The notes beneath the pieces are model-generated. The model was not told the origin of the DNA and made no database searches. It saw nothing but the letters and a program-made list of their open reading frames with translations. This document shows positions 53,702 to 64,000 of a stretch of DNA of 64,000 nt, in pieces (position 1 is the first letter of the stretch; each line of letters starts with the position of its first letter). The stretch lies in assembly GCA_028023455.1 (NCBI GenBank), contig JAQFVV010000010.1:9114001-9178000 (forward strand), read 5' to 3'. Both the position numbers and the translations under genes were made by a program. Source of the stretch: Epiperipatus broadwayi. Taxonomy: Eukaryota > Animalia > Onychophora.

Positions 53702-54010
53702 TTCATTTGTAATGCTCACACACATATCACACTGATACACAAAGGTTGTTATCATTATCAACATATAGTTCTTTTGTAATGCTCATACATGTATTATACT
53801 GATATTTAAATATGGTTACCATTATTAACTTCTAGTTCATTTGTAATGCTTATACAAATATACTGATACCCAAATATTGTTGTTATTATTAACACACAGT
53901 TCCTTTGTAATGCTCAGTCACGTCATATTGATATTTAAATATTTTTGTGATTATTAATCTCTAGTTCATTTGTAATGCTCATACATGGATCGTAATGAGA
54001 TCCAAATAAT
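53702..54010. repeat. Degenerate 64-67-bp minisatellite, ~5 units with A-B-A-B-A alternation
   Basis: ttc.tttgtaatgct starts at 53702, 53769, 53836, 53900, 53965. Confidence 0.85.
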
Positions 54011-55638
54011 ATCATTATCTTATATCTTATTGAATTTGTTCTTAATAAATTATGTATATTTGTGTTTATACATTTGTCGTGTCTTTCACTGGTTCACCAC
54101 ATCCACCAAACTACATCCACACTTAGTTAAGTGATCTACGAGTCTATTCAAAACCCCTGAAGTATATAAAAAAGTAGTATTCTAAGCATTGTCAGAGTAT
54201 TCGGTTCTTATGGGAGCTGGTGAGTATCTGATCAATTAATTTAGTAACTAATTCATGACTGAGGCTGAGTTTGAATCCGTAGTCCTTGTTTTATCCTGAT
54301 CACCAGGACCGAAAGAAAATGATTACTATTAGTAGCATCAGAAGCGTTGGTCGGATAGTGGAGATTTTGGAGCACTGGCAAATGAGTTAAAGCTTAGTAC
54401 TGTTCCACGACTACCATATCACGAACATGCTGGGTTTGAAGTACTTTTGCTAGGTCTCTGAATCTTGTTGGCTGAACACACGATTCTGACAATTACAATA
54501 CAAATACTTTTTTCTTTTAAATTATTTTTAATTTATATACATACATGTAATATGTTTATTAATTATCTTATGAAGTGTTTGGCTTTTATATTGAAATTTT
54601 AAATAGTTTTAAATTTTATTATAAAATTTTTTTTATTTCTCTTAACATTTGAGTGATATCTTGAAGTAATATTATTGAACAGATAGTACAGTTTTATTTA
54701 AGAAGATATCAGTTATATTAGGTTGTTATTATTTTTAACTTTTATTTTTATGATTATCAAAATATGTTCCTACTATTTGATGAAGTAATATGGAAATTGG
54801 AGACACAACTATTAGATATTTAGCTAATTAGGTGTTTTGTATAGATGATAAAAAAAATTTGTAGTGCAAACTTAGACTAAAATTGGTAATGTATACCCCA
54901 ATGGTACCATATATATTGTGATTATTTATTACATACATACATATATTATACAATTTAAAAATATAATTTATTTTTAATAGTTTAATCATTCTTTTCAGTG
55001 GATCTTTTTGGTAAAATTTTCATAAAGAGTCGACACTTCTTAAAGCAAACATTAGTGTTTACTGGAACTTTCTTTTCATATTTATATCTTCTAATTATAA
55101 ATTTATTTATTTTCAGTCCTCATTAAATATTTATCATGTGCTATAGATATAAGTTTAATAGTTTCAGGAACACAAATAACATTAGCATACTTTTTTCCCC
55201 ATGTTTTATCATTTCACAAATTAAGATTCATAATTATTAAATATCCACTTTCTTAAATTATACTCCTTCTATCATCATTAATTTTGTACTTTAAGGCCAT
55301 TTAAAAAAATAATTTTCCAATTTGCAGCCATGATGTCATAAATACAACTGTTTTTGCTATGATAGCAACTGTGACTGAGTGTGCAAAACTCAGTTAAAAT
55401 GAGATAAGAAAATGGTTGAGATGATTAATGAAGTTACTCATGGGAAAACACTAAAATTAACAAATTTCTTTTCTTTCTGACTATGGGTTACTGAATCCAT
55501 GGATTTTTACAATAGATATGGCAGGTCTACTGTATAAGCTTTTTCCAAATTAATTTGTGGATTTCACATTCAAAGATTTTTATTCCTTTTATTTCACTTT
55601 ATTACATATATATAAATGCACAATATTGGATGAATTAT

Positions 55639-55694
55639 ACAAAATATTGATAAAATAATAATCACAACAAAATATTGATAAAATAATAATCACA
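55639..55694. repeat. Perfect 28-bp tandem duplication
   Basis: acaaaatattgataaaataataatcaca x2. Confidence 0.9.
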
Positions 55695-55971
55695 AAAGAC
55701 AAGGAAAATTTTGTATCGATTCTAAATTTTACATTTGATAAAATACATCTTCATATTGTGGAAAATAATGTGATAATAATAATGAAAAAAGGGTAGATAA
55801 CTGATTAAAATTAAAAAACAAAAACATTCCAGAGCGCATATAGTTCATGTTTAATAAATGTGATCTGTGAAATGAATAACTTTAAATAACGTTATTAGCA
55901 TATATAAAATAACGATATTTGATTATGAATTTTATGAGTTTGAAAAATATGTACATTAAAAAATTATAATT

Positions 55972-56778
55972 CTATACTCTATTTAGATAAAATGCTGTGA
56001 GGTAATGACAAATATTACAATTCATAATCAAGGATAATATGTACAAAAAGAAGATAATAGTCAATGGATAGAGTAATACTTGGGTCTTTTTTAAAAACGG
56101 AAGAGCGCTATAACCTAAGAAAGTTATATAAACATAATAACCAACTGCAATAAAACATAAACTATTTCCAAAAAGCACTGAAACGAACATTTCACGGCTT
56201 ATAATAAAATGATAAAAAAACAGCTGAAATACATGAAGAATAATTAACAGCGGGAAAAAGGCATTTAAATGAACGTCAAACGCATAACCCCATTCAACGT
56301 CTTGATCTTTTGAAGAGTTTCGCAAATAATTATTGGTAATAAACCAAAATAGTGTGGCAATTATTAGCCCTACTCCAATACAGTCTATAAAAATTAGCCA
56401 CAGTAAAAAATGGAAAAATTTACGAATACCTAAATTAAATACAAGAGTAAATCCGATGGCTGATCCACATAAGCACGCACTGAGTAACACTAGAAAGGCA
56501 GGGTCATCCCTTGCCCATTGATCTTTTGTTTGCTTTCTGTATTGAAAGTTTCTATATACTTTCTGTGGTGAAATAAACAAATATAAAATTTGCCATAATG
56601 CAAACTCAAAGTCCATTTGTCGAAATTTAAATATTCTACGCAGATATTTATGTCTTTTTGCTGTGGCTGAAAGGCGTTCTTTGACTCTGTTGACATTATT
56701 AAAATTATTGTCCGGAAAGCTTTGAATTGTTACAGTAGTAGGAGGTGGGGTTATTGGAGGTGATTCTTTTACGTGCAT
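55972..56778 (-). CDS. UNC50: UNC-50 homolog (Golgi multipass membrane protein), 268 aa, uninterrupted CDS
   Basis: Hallmark UNC-50 motifs KYLRRIFKFRQMDFEFALWQ, VYRNFQYRKQTKDQWARDDPAFLVL, DQDVEWGYAFDVHLNAFFP, YITFLGYSALPFL. Confidence 0.97.
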   Translation of the reverse strand: MHVKESPPITPPPTTVTIQSFPDNNFNNVNRVKERLSATAKRHKYLRRIFKFRQMDFEFALWQILYLFISPQKVYRNFQYRKQTKDQWARDDPAFLVLLSACLCGSAIGFTLVFNLGIRKFFHFLLWLIFIDCIGVGLIIATLFWFITNNYLRNSSKDQDVEWGYAFDVHLNAFFPLLIILHVFQLFFYHFIISREMFVSVLFGNSLCFIAVGYYVYITFLGYSALPFLKKTQVLLYPLTIIFFLYILSLIMNCNICHYLTAFYLNRV

Positions 56779-58941
56779 GACTTTCGAAAAGATACATAAA
56801 TCTTAATATACAGTACAGCTAACGTAATTGCAAAAATCCACTACTTGGCACTTGACACAACTAAGCGATAATTAAAATATATACAATGAATGATAATATT
56901 TTTCTACTGTGATATGATTGGATCATATATATATATTTAAAAGTAATAAATTATTATTCTACAAAAAAACATCAATTATTATATTATTTAAAAAAAAAAC
57001 AAATTTTGTTTTATTAATATAATTCTAATTAATTTTCGATATATGTGATTATGACTTTTTTTCTTCTGCAATATGAATTCTGGATTATGGTATTTTTTGC
57101 TCTAATTTTTTCCCCTATATATACGTTTGGCAATTATGCGAATAAATTGTAATTTTTTATAATGATTATTTCGGAAATATTGATTATTAGTCATAGAGGT
57201 GTGATTTTAATATCAAAAAAATGTATCCTTACTATGTAATATATTTAATAAAATAATTAAATTCAATAACTAAAATATATTAAGAAATTAATTCTTTTCT
57301 AATTTTTTTTTTCAATTACTGTATTATGTCGTAAACATTTGCATTTAGGAATAATGTAATTTAATCATCTACTTCAAATCAGACATAATATTAACAATGA
57401 TACTGGTGATGGATTTATTTTTTCATTTATCAAATTTACTTTAAATGCCACTTTTCTAAATATAATTTGTTTTTATTATCAACTGATTGTCTTTTTATTT
57501 TAATTTTAAATAACTTACCTAAGAGTTGCGTTTATAATGTTTAATTATATTCATTATTATTATAATAAATTGGAAATATATATATATTTGCTTTAGGGTA
57601 AAAAAATACAGAGTTTGCATGGGGTGATAAAGACTTAAAATGTCAATTGTTTTTTTTTAAATTTATAAACATGAATTTTTTTTAATAGAATTTTAAACTG
57701 ATAAAACTGTCCATCCTAATTGTTTGCAATTAATATATGTTCCTCATGGGCTAACATTTCCCCGCTTTAGTGGGTTTTTAAACATTATTGAAAGACTACT
57801 AAACAGTTATAAAAAGAAAACATTGAGCTCTGCTTACACTCTTAAATATGTTTATGGTTCAATTTATTAATCAAGTACATAATCAGAAAGTATAGCAATG
57901 TATTGCTATGTTTGAATATTTATTTTTGCTGGTAATTGCCTATTACAATAAAAATGTTGAATTTATACTATTCTTTAATTATTCATCTTTTAAATATATT
58001 TCTTGTTATTAAAGATGGATAAATATCTAGTCAATCTTCAATATGTGGATCATAGAATTTTGTGAATTAAAAATCTTCATAGTTTTTAACAATTTAATTA
58101 ATATTTCAAGATAATTTCTCATTTAGGAATAAATCTATTTTAGTAAAGTAATTATATTTTACAGAGAAGTAATTTAGATTTTTGTTAGCTCAAAACTGAG
58201 AAATAACACCAAAAGCTACATTTAAATGATTAAGATTCTTGCTTCATTCTAGGAACAGATTAAAGAATTTTAGGGAATTAACAGTTGAATAGAAGGTCTC
58301 TGTGCAATAGGATAAAAAGATTAAGTAAGAAATGATTAGTGTGAGTAAAGTAGTTGATATATTAAATGAAGAATGTAGAAGTTTTATATGTGAATTATAT
58401 AAGATGAAAATGAATGTTTTTACTTAAATATAGGAAACAAACAGCTTGGACAAACTAGATCTAATTTCTCATAGAGAATTGATAGATCTGAAGAATTTAA
58501 TCCTTCAATACAAAATTTATTTTATTCATTTTAGAATTTAATATGTAACCAAGGATCAGGATGACATTAAAATTTTAAGATAATAGAATAATTAGGTAGC
58601 ATATTGAGGTGAAAGTTTTACTTTTTTATTGTTTATTTATTATAAAAGAATTTAATCACTGGCTTGTCTTTATCATTGAATGGAATAATTAAAAATCATT
58701 TCAGGAAGTCTTAAAATTGATAGTGAATTTATTTTTCTATAGCTAATCATGATGAAAGGATACTGATAACAACAACAACCCATTTTTTGGTGTTATACAG
58801 GGTTTTTATAAATCAAGCATCATGGACAAAAATATAAAACAAAAATATTAATTTTAATAAATAAATTTAAATGTGTGTCAATGTAGTTTACCATTTATGA
58901 ATTCTGTTTTCTTAAAAAAGTCTGATAACATTACTTTATGT

Positions 58942-59208
58942 TACAATTTATCCAAACCACTTCAAACACTTTTTAGCAAAACTCTTTATTTGTACATATA
59001 CATACATCTATGTTTTGACTGACCTGCAGTCTTCTTCAGAGCCAGTTTATTTTATTCTCTTAAAAAAAAAGAAAAAAAAAGTTTTTTTAACAGAATAAAA
59101 TAAACTGGCTCTGAAGAAGACTGCAGGTCAGTCAAAACGTAAGTGTATGTATATGTACAAATAAAGAGTTTTGCTAAAAATGGGTTGAAGTGATTTGGAT
59201 AAATTGTA
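58942..59208. mobile_element. Palindromic pLTR-like element (~120-bp arms, A/T-run spacer) with a hammerhead remnant in each arm
   Basis: 58942-59061 vs ~59085-59208 are reverse complements; each arm reads ggct-CTGAAGA-A-GACTG-caggt-CAGTC-AAAAC (G12->A). Confidence 0.8.
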
Positions 59209-59469
59209 TTTATAGGATATTACGGCAAAATAAAGAAAAGTGTGATTTTGGTATTACTTTATATTATTGGCTCATAATTAAAAGTGTCTGTTTAATTTTT
59301 CATTGCTTTCTCTTTGATTTTGATTTTTTTTTCTCTTGATCAAATAGAGCACAATCTGAAAAATTTATATTAACTTCATAAAATTAATAGAATGGTTTAT
59401 CACTCAGGCATTCACAAAAATTGAGCTTTAAAAGTGACAGAGATGGCACTGCCATCCAAGGACATTGAA

Positions 59470-61830
59470 AAGAAAAGAAGTTGGCTAAAATGGATAATTA
59501 TAGAGAGAGGATGAAGTTGAATAGTAAATTGTTGAAGGTTATTAATAAAAGTGGAAGAGATGGGAGTAAAAAATTTTGGAATTACATTAAAAGGAGAAAT
59601 GTAGGGGAGAGAGAGATAGTATTAATAGATGATGAGGGAATAGAGTGTATCTCTAGAGAAGAATTAGAGAGTATCTTAAATAGATATGTAATGGATATAG
59701 AAAAGATGTTAGATGTGAAGGATTTAGTGATAGAAAACATGAAAGCATTTAGTAATGGGAATATTAGGTTCACAAAAAATGAACTGAATGAGGCAGGGAA
59801 GAGATTGAAAAGTGGAAAGGCAAGAGATTTAGATAGATGGGCAGCAGAGATGGTAATGAATTTAGGGCATAGAGTAAAAGTAAAATTATTAGCATGTTTT
59901 AGTAGGATGGCACAGAAGACAGTTTTTCCGGATAGTTGGAGTAATACAAGAGTAAGATTATTATTTAAAGGAAAGAGTAAGGATCATAGAAAGTTAAATA
60001 ATTATAGACCGATAGCGGTAACATCAGTTTTATATAAAGTTTTCTCATATATGGTGGCTGGAAGAGTTGGAAAATGGATGGAAGAGAATAATGTAGTGGG
60101 GGAAATGCAAGGAGGTTTTAGGTCAGATAGACGTATAGGAGATAGTTTATTTGTACACAACTTATGGATATGAGTAGGAATTCAGGTAAATCATATATGA
60201 GTTTTATAGATATAGAGAGGGCATATGATAGAGTAAATAGAAATAGATTATGGGTAAGTTTAGCAAATTTGGGAATGGATGAAGTTTTAGTAAATATTAA
60301 GAAATTATATGAAAATAATTACTATACTTATCAATTAGGCATTAGGGGATATAGAATCAGTTAAAGTTAAAAATGGCGTGGGACTAAGACAGGGATGCCC
60401 TATGTCACCTATTTTGTTTTTGTTGTATTTGAGTGAAATGGAGAAAGCAATAGAAAGACTAGGAAGAGGGATAGAGATACTGTTAATAGGTGGCAAGGGA
60501 GTATATACTTTGTCGGGGGTTTTTTTTTGCGGATGATATCTTTTTGTGTGCAGAAAGAAGAGAAAATATGGAAATTATGTTGAGGACATGTGCAAGGGTG
60601 GGTAAAGAGATGGGGATTAAATTTAGTGAAAAAAAAAAAATCAAATATAATGATGGTTAATACTGGGGAAAGAGAAGATGTAGAATTTTTATTGGGGGAT
60701 ATAAAGTTAAGTGTGGTGGATAGATATAGGAATTTGGGGATCATCTTAAGTAATCAGGAAAATTGCTTGGATGAATGGGAGAAAAAATTGGTAAATGATG
60801 CAAAGAAAAGAAAGGGTTTGGTAAAGAAACTAACAGTGTTTTCATTTAATAAATATGATGTAGCTAGAATAGTATGGAAGGGAGTTGCAGTAGCAGGGTT
60901 AACATATGGTAATGATGCATTATGTATTAGTAAAGGTGTTTTAGATTATTTAGAGAAAGTACAAAGGGAAGTAGGAAGACATGCATTAGATGCAGAAATG
61001 TGGACAGCAAAGGAGGCAATTCAAGGAGAAATGGGATGGTCAAGTTTTTATATGAGAGATGCAAAAAGTAAAATGAAAATGTTTGGTAGGTTGCAGTTTA
61101 TGGATAGTAAAAGAATAGCCAAAATAGTGTTTAATTGGGTTATGAGTAAAGGGCAGGTAACAAGATGGGTGAGAAAGGTAATGTGGTATGCAAATGATTT
61201 GGATAAAGAATTTATATCAGTATACTTGTATAAAAGGTGGGATGATTGTGTTAAGAGGATTGTTGAGTGTTATAGTGATAAGGAAAGGGATAAAAGAAAA
61301 GATGCATTAATAAAAAATAGGGAATTGGAGAGATGGAGAACTAGTTAAGAAGAGTTTAAATATATATAGAAATAAACGGAACATTGGGTGCGAGTTAATT
61401 TATGATAATAGTAAAGAAAGTAGTTTATTGTTTAAGGCTCGAATGGGATCTTTCGCAACAAAAGAATATACATGTAAATGGAAAAATATGGGTGATTTAG
61501 TGTGCAAATTGTGTGAGGAAGGTGTAGAAAATGTTAGGCATTTGTTGATTGAATATAAATGCTTGAAAGCAGAAAGGATACAAATAATGAAGTTATGGTA
61601 GAATAAATATGAACAAAGTGGTTGTACAGAAAGTGGGTTATTGGTTTTTATGCTGGGTTTGGGAAAAGATAAGGGGGATTTAGATATAAAGGCCATAGAG
61701 TTGACAAAGATTATGTTGTGGAAATGGATTGGAGCAGATTATGGGAAAGCTTAGGGTGGGGAATGGAAGGGGAAGGTAAAATGGCTAACAGGTTTCTTTG
61801 GGCACAGTTGCTGAGAGATTCCTGACTCCG
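59470..61830 (+). mobile_element. 5'-truncated non-LTR retrotransposon ORF2 (RT + C-terminal Cys/His motif), frameshifted; clade not assigned
   Basis: NYRPIAVTSVLYKVF, QGGFRSDRRIGD, FIDIERAYD, GLRQGCPMSPILF, (F)ADDI, GEMGWSSF, CKLCEEGVENVRHLL; purine-rich coding strand. Confidence 0.92.
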
Positions 61831-63144
61831 TTTAAAACTGCATATGACATTAATTTTATGATTCTGGCATTATGGACAGCTTGTATATATAAATTAGAAT
61901 AAAACAAATTACTGCATAGATTTAAAAAATGCTATAATTATATAAAAAAAACTTTAAATACAACTTGCATAAAGATGTTTAAAAAATTATTTGAACAGTT
62001 ATATCCTATATTAAGATAGCTCTTTTCAGAAAACAATAATGTGATGTTTGTCATTTTTTGTATTATATATTATTATGGACTGCAGAAAGGAGTTTATTAT
62101 TAACTGAAAGATCTTTTGATTTCTCTTGCAGGGCAAATTCCTAATGTCCATTCCTTATGTTCTTGTCATTGCAGCTGTTGTGATTATTTATGTAGTAAAT
62201 GAATATGGCTGCTCGTCAGCATGCATTAACTAGTATTTTTTAAGCCTGAGTTTAGGATCAAGAAACACCATGGATTTTCTTCTCAGTTGCCTGATAGCTG
62301 TTAATTGAAATATCAGATGACTTTTCTTGAAGTTAGAATGAAAGTGTATGTGAATGAACTGGCAGACAAAACTAATTCATAACTCTTATTCCCAGATAGC
62401 TGTAAAGTCATTAGCCAAGGCAGCAATTGGCAGCCAAAGTTGGAGGTAAAAGTCTCTTAATTGCAGACCAGGCTGCTCTTTTGATCACAACCTTTTATTT
62501 AGGTACTTATAACTCCAGATCAGGTTCAAGTAAAGATTGCACAAATTGGAAGAATAACTATATAACATTGAATGGGACATTATTGGACTGTAAAATTAGG
62601 AGAAAATGTGAAGAGACAATTGATTTAAAAATTGGACATGTACTTTATTACAAAGACACAAACATTGGAAGAACAAATGGAGTAGGATTCATTATAAATA
62701 AAAAGTGGAAGATCAACATTGTGGAGCTTGATGATGTATTAAACACAATGGCAAGAATTATTTATTCAATTTAATGGTAGATAGCAACAGCACATAATTG
62801 AGGTTTATGCCCAACAAGTTCTCATTGTGTTGATGGGGGAGTAGGGGATTATTATATGGATGCACAAAAAAGTTTTGATCAGACTAAACATTTTAAAATT
62901 GTTATGGCAGACTTTCTTCTAGAATTGGTAAACAATTGAAAGATAAAAGTGTTGTAGATAAATTTGGTTATGGTGATATGAGAGTACATAGACTTATGGA
63001 GTTTGCAGGAAAAAACAACAATATTATATTATGATTTCTTCTTTTGAGAAAAATGCTAAACAGAAATGGATATGAAGTATCCAAATGAAGGCACAGCAGA
63101 ATTGGATTATATTTTGACTAACATAAAATATATATTTCAAGATT

Positions 63145-63219
63145 CATTAAGGCTGTAGCCTCAAGCACATGCGTAGTAGGGACCTCTACGTAATCAATGT
63201 GCATTTAAATAAATTTATA
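63145..63219. mobile_element. 75-bp insertion with an 11-bp target-site duplication inside the RTE
   Basis: atttcaagatt at 63134-63144 and 63220-63230; internal hairpin gcacat-gcgtag..ctacgt..atgtgc. Confidence 0.65.
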
Positions 63220-63420
63220 ATTTCAAGATTGTAATGTTCTTAATAAGTTTGACACAGGAAGTTAATGATATGTAAGATAATTTTTAAGCAAAACTAGATG
63301 ATAAAAATTATAAAGCAAAATATTAATCATAATTAGTATTGATTATTTTAAAAATCTCCATACTTCCTCTTTTTTTTTTATTCTTTATATAAATAAAGAT
63401 ACAATAAAAGACAAATGATC

Positions 63421-63461
63421 CACAAGATGCATTTCATGTTGAACCAGCACTCATCAGTTGG
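63421..63461 (-). ncRNA. Minimal type-I hammerhead motif (family B), core intact, stems weakened
   Basis: Reverse complement CCAA-CTGATGA-GTGCT-ggttc-AACAT-GAAA-TGCA-TC-TTGTG. Confidence 0.7.
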
Positions 63462-64000
63462 CCCAGATCACCAGCTCTCATATATGTCTTTATTACATGA
63501 TATTCCTAATCTTCAGAAACATTCCAATGAATTTAAATTAGAACAGATTTTGAACATGATTCAGTTTTAAAAACTGCTACAAAGATAGCTGGTACAATAA
63601 AGCAGCAATTTACCAGTAAAATTTTTACTGAGACAAAACAATTTATAATGAAAAGAAGGAATATGAAAATATGTAAAAATGATCCAGTGAGAAGAAATGA
63701 ATATCTAGAATTTTGTAAACTGATACAAAAAGAGTTTATATTGATATAAGAAAGTGTAATTGTGAATTAGCAAGGTAAGCTATTGAAGAGAATAAAAATC
63801 TCAAGAGAGTAAAACAATGTTTTGGTATTGTTAGGAAACATTTCTGCAATAAAAAAAAAAGACGGAATTATTATTAAAATAAAGAGATATCATGAAATGT
63901 GTAGAAGAGTTCTGTCAAGAATTATATAATAATAACGAACAAGGAAAAATACCTATAATTATTATATCTTCTGAATTGCCCAGGATTTTAAATGAAGAGG

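Larger units (their letters stand above)
62246..64000 (+). mobile_element. Decayed RTE-type LINE (5' region + APE + linker), runs off the window end
   Basis: Homologous to 11289 onward; GHVLYYKDTNIGRTNGVGFIINKKWKINIVE (APE); contains two nested insertions. Confidence 0.85.

Noticed and set aside
53702-54010. CRISPR-like periodicity
   Set aside because: The spacers are homologous to each other, there are no cas genes and the context is eukaryotic: a minisatellite.
62180-62250. HDV-like ribozyme upstream of the RTE (GCT-GCTCGTC-AGC)
   Set aside because: No room for P2, L3 is off-consensus, no P1.1/P4, and it is absent from the homologous copy near 11250.

Overview
Very AT-rich metazoan (invertebrate-like) nuclear DNA; nothing prokaryotic and no CRISPR array. 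There are two host genes. The 3' part of TMEM62 lies on the + strand as 7 coding exons from 5088 to 40751, all GT-AG, splicing into one continuous frame; its upstream exons were not found in the window. A single-exon UNC-50 CDS lies on the - strand at 55972-56778. The rest is mostly decayed mobile DNA: two related RTE-type LINEs, a jockey-like RT fragment, another non-LTR RT element present twice, a pogo-like relic, a hAT non-autonomous element, a MITE, an unclassified ~2.4-kb repeat, small tandem duplications and a tRNA-Gly-derived pseudogene whose anticodon reads TAA. The main signal is a set of Penelope-like element (PLE) derivatives from several families. Most share one architecture: an inverted (fold-back) duplication with both 3' ends pointing outward and an extra tail on one side only. 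Their ends carry minimal type-I hammerhead ribozyme motifs (CUGANGA-stem II-GAAA-palindromic stem III), some intact and some decayed. All alignments and folds were done by eye, and element boundaries are approximate unless a TSD or splice site fixes them.
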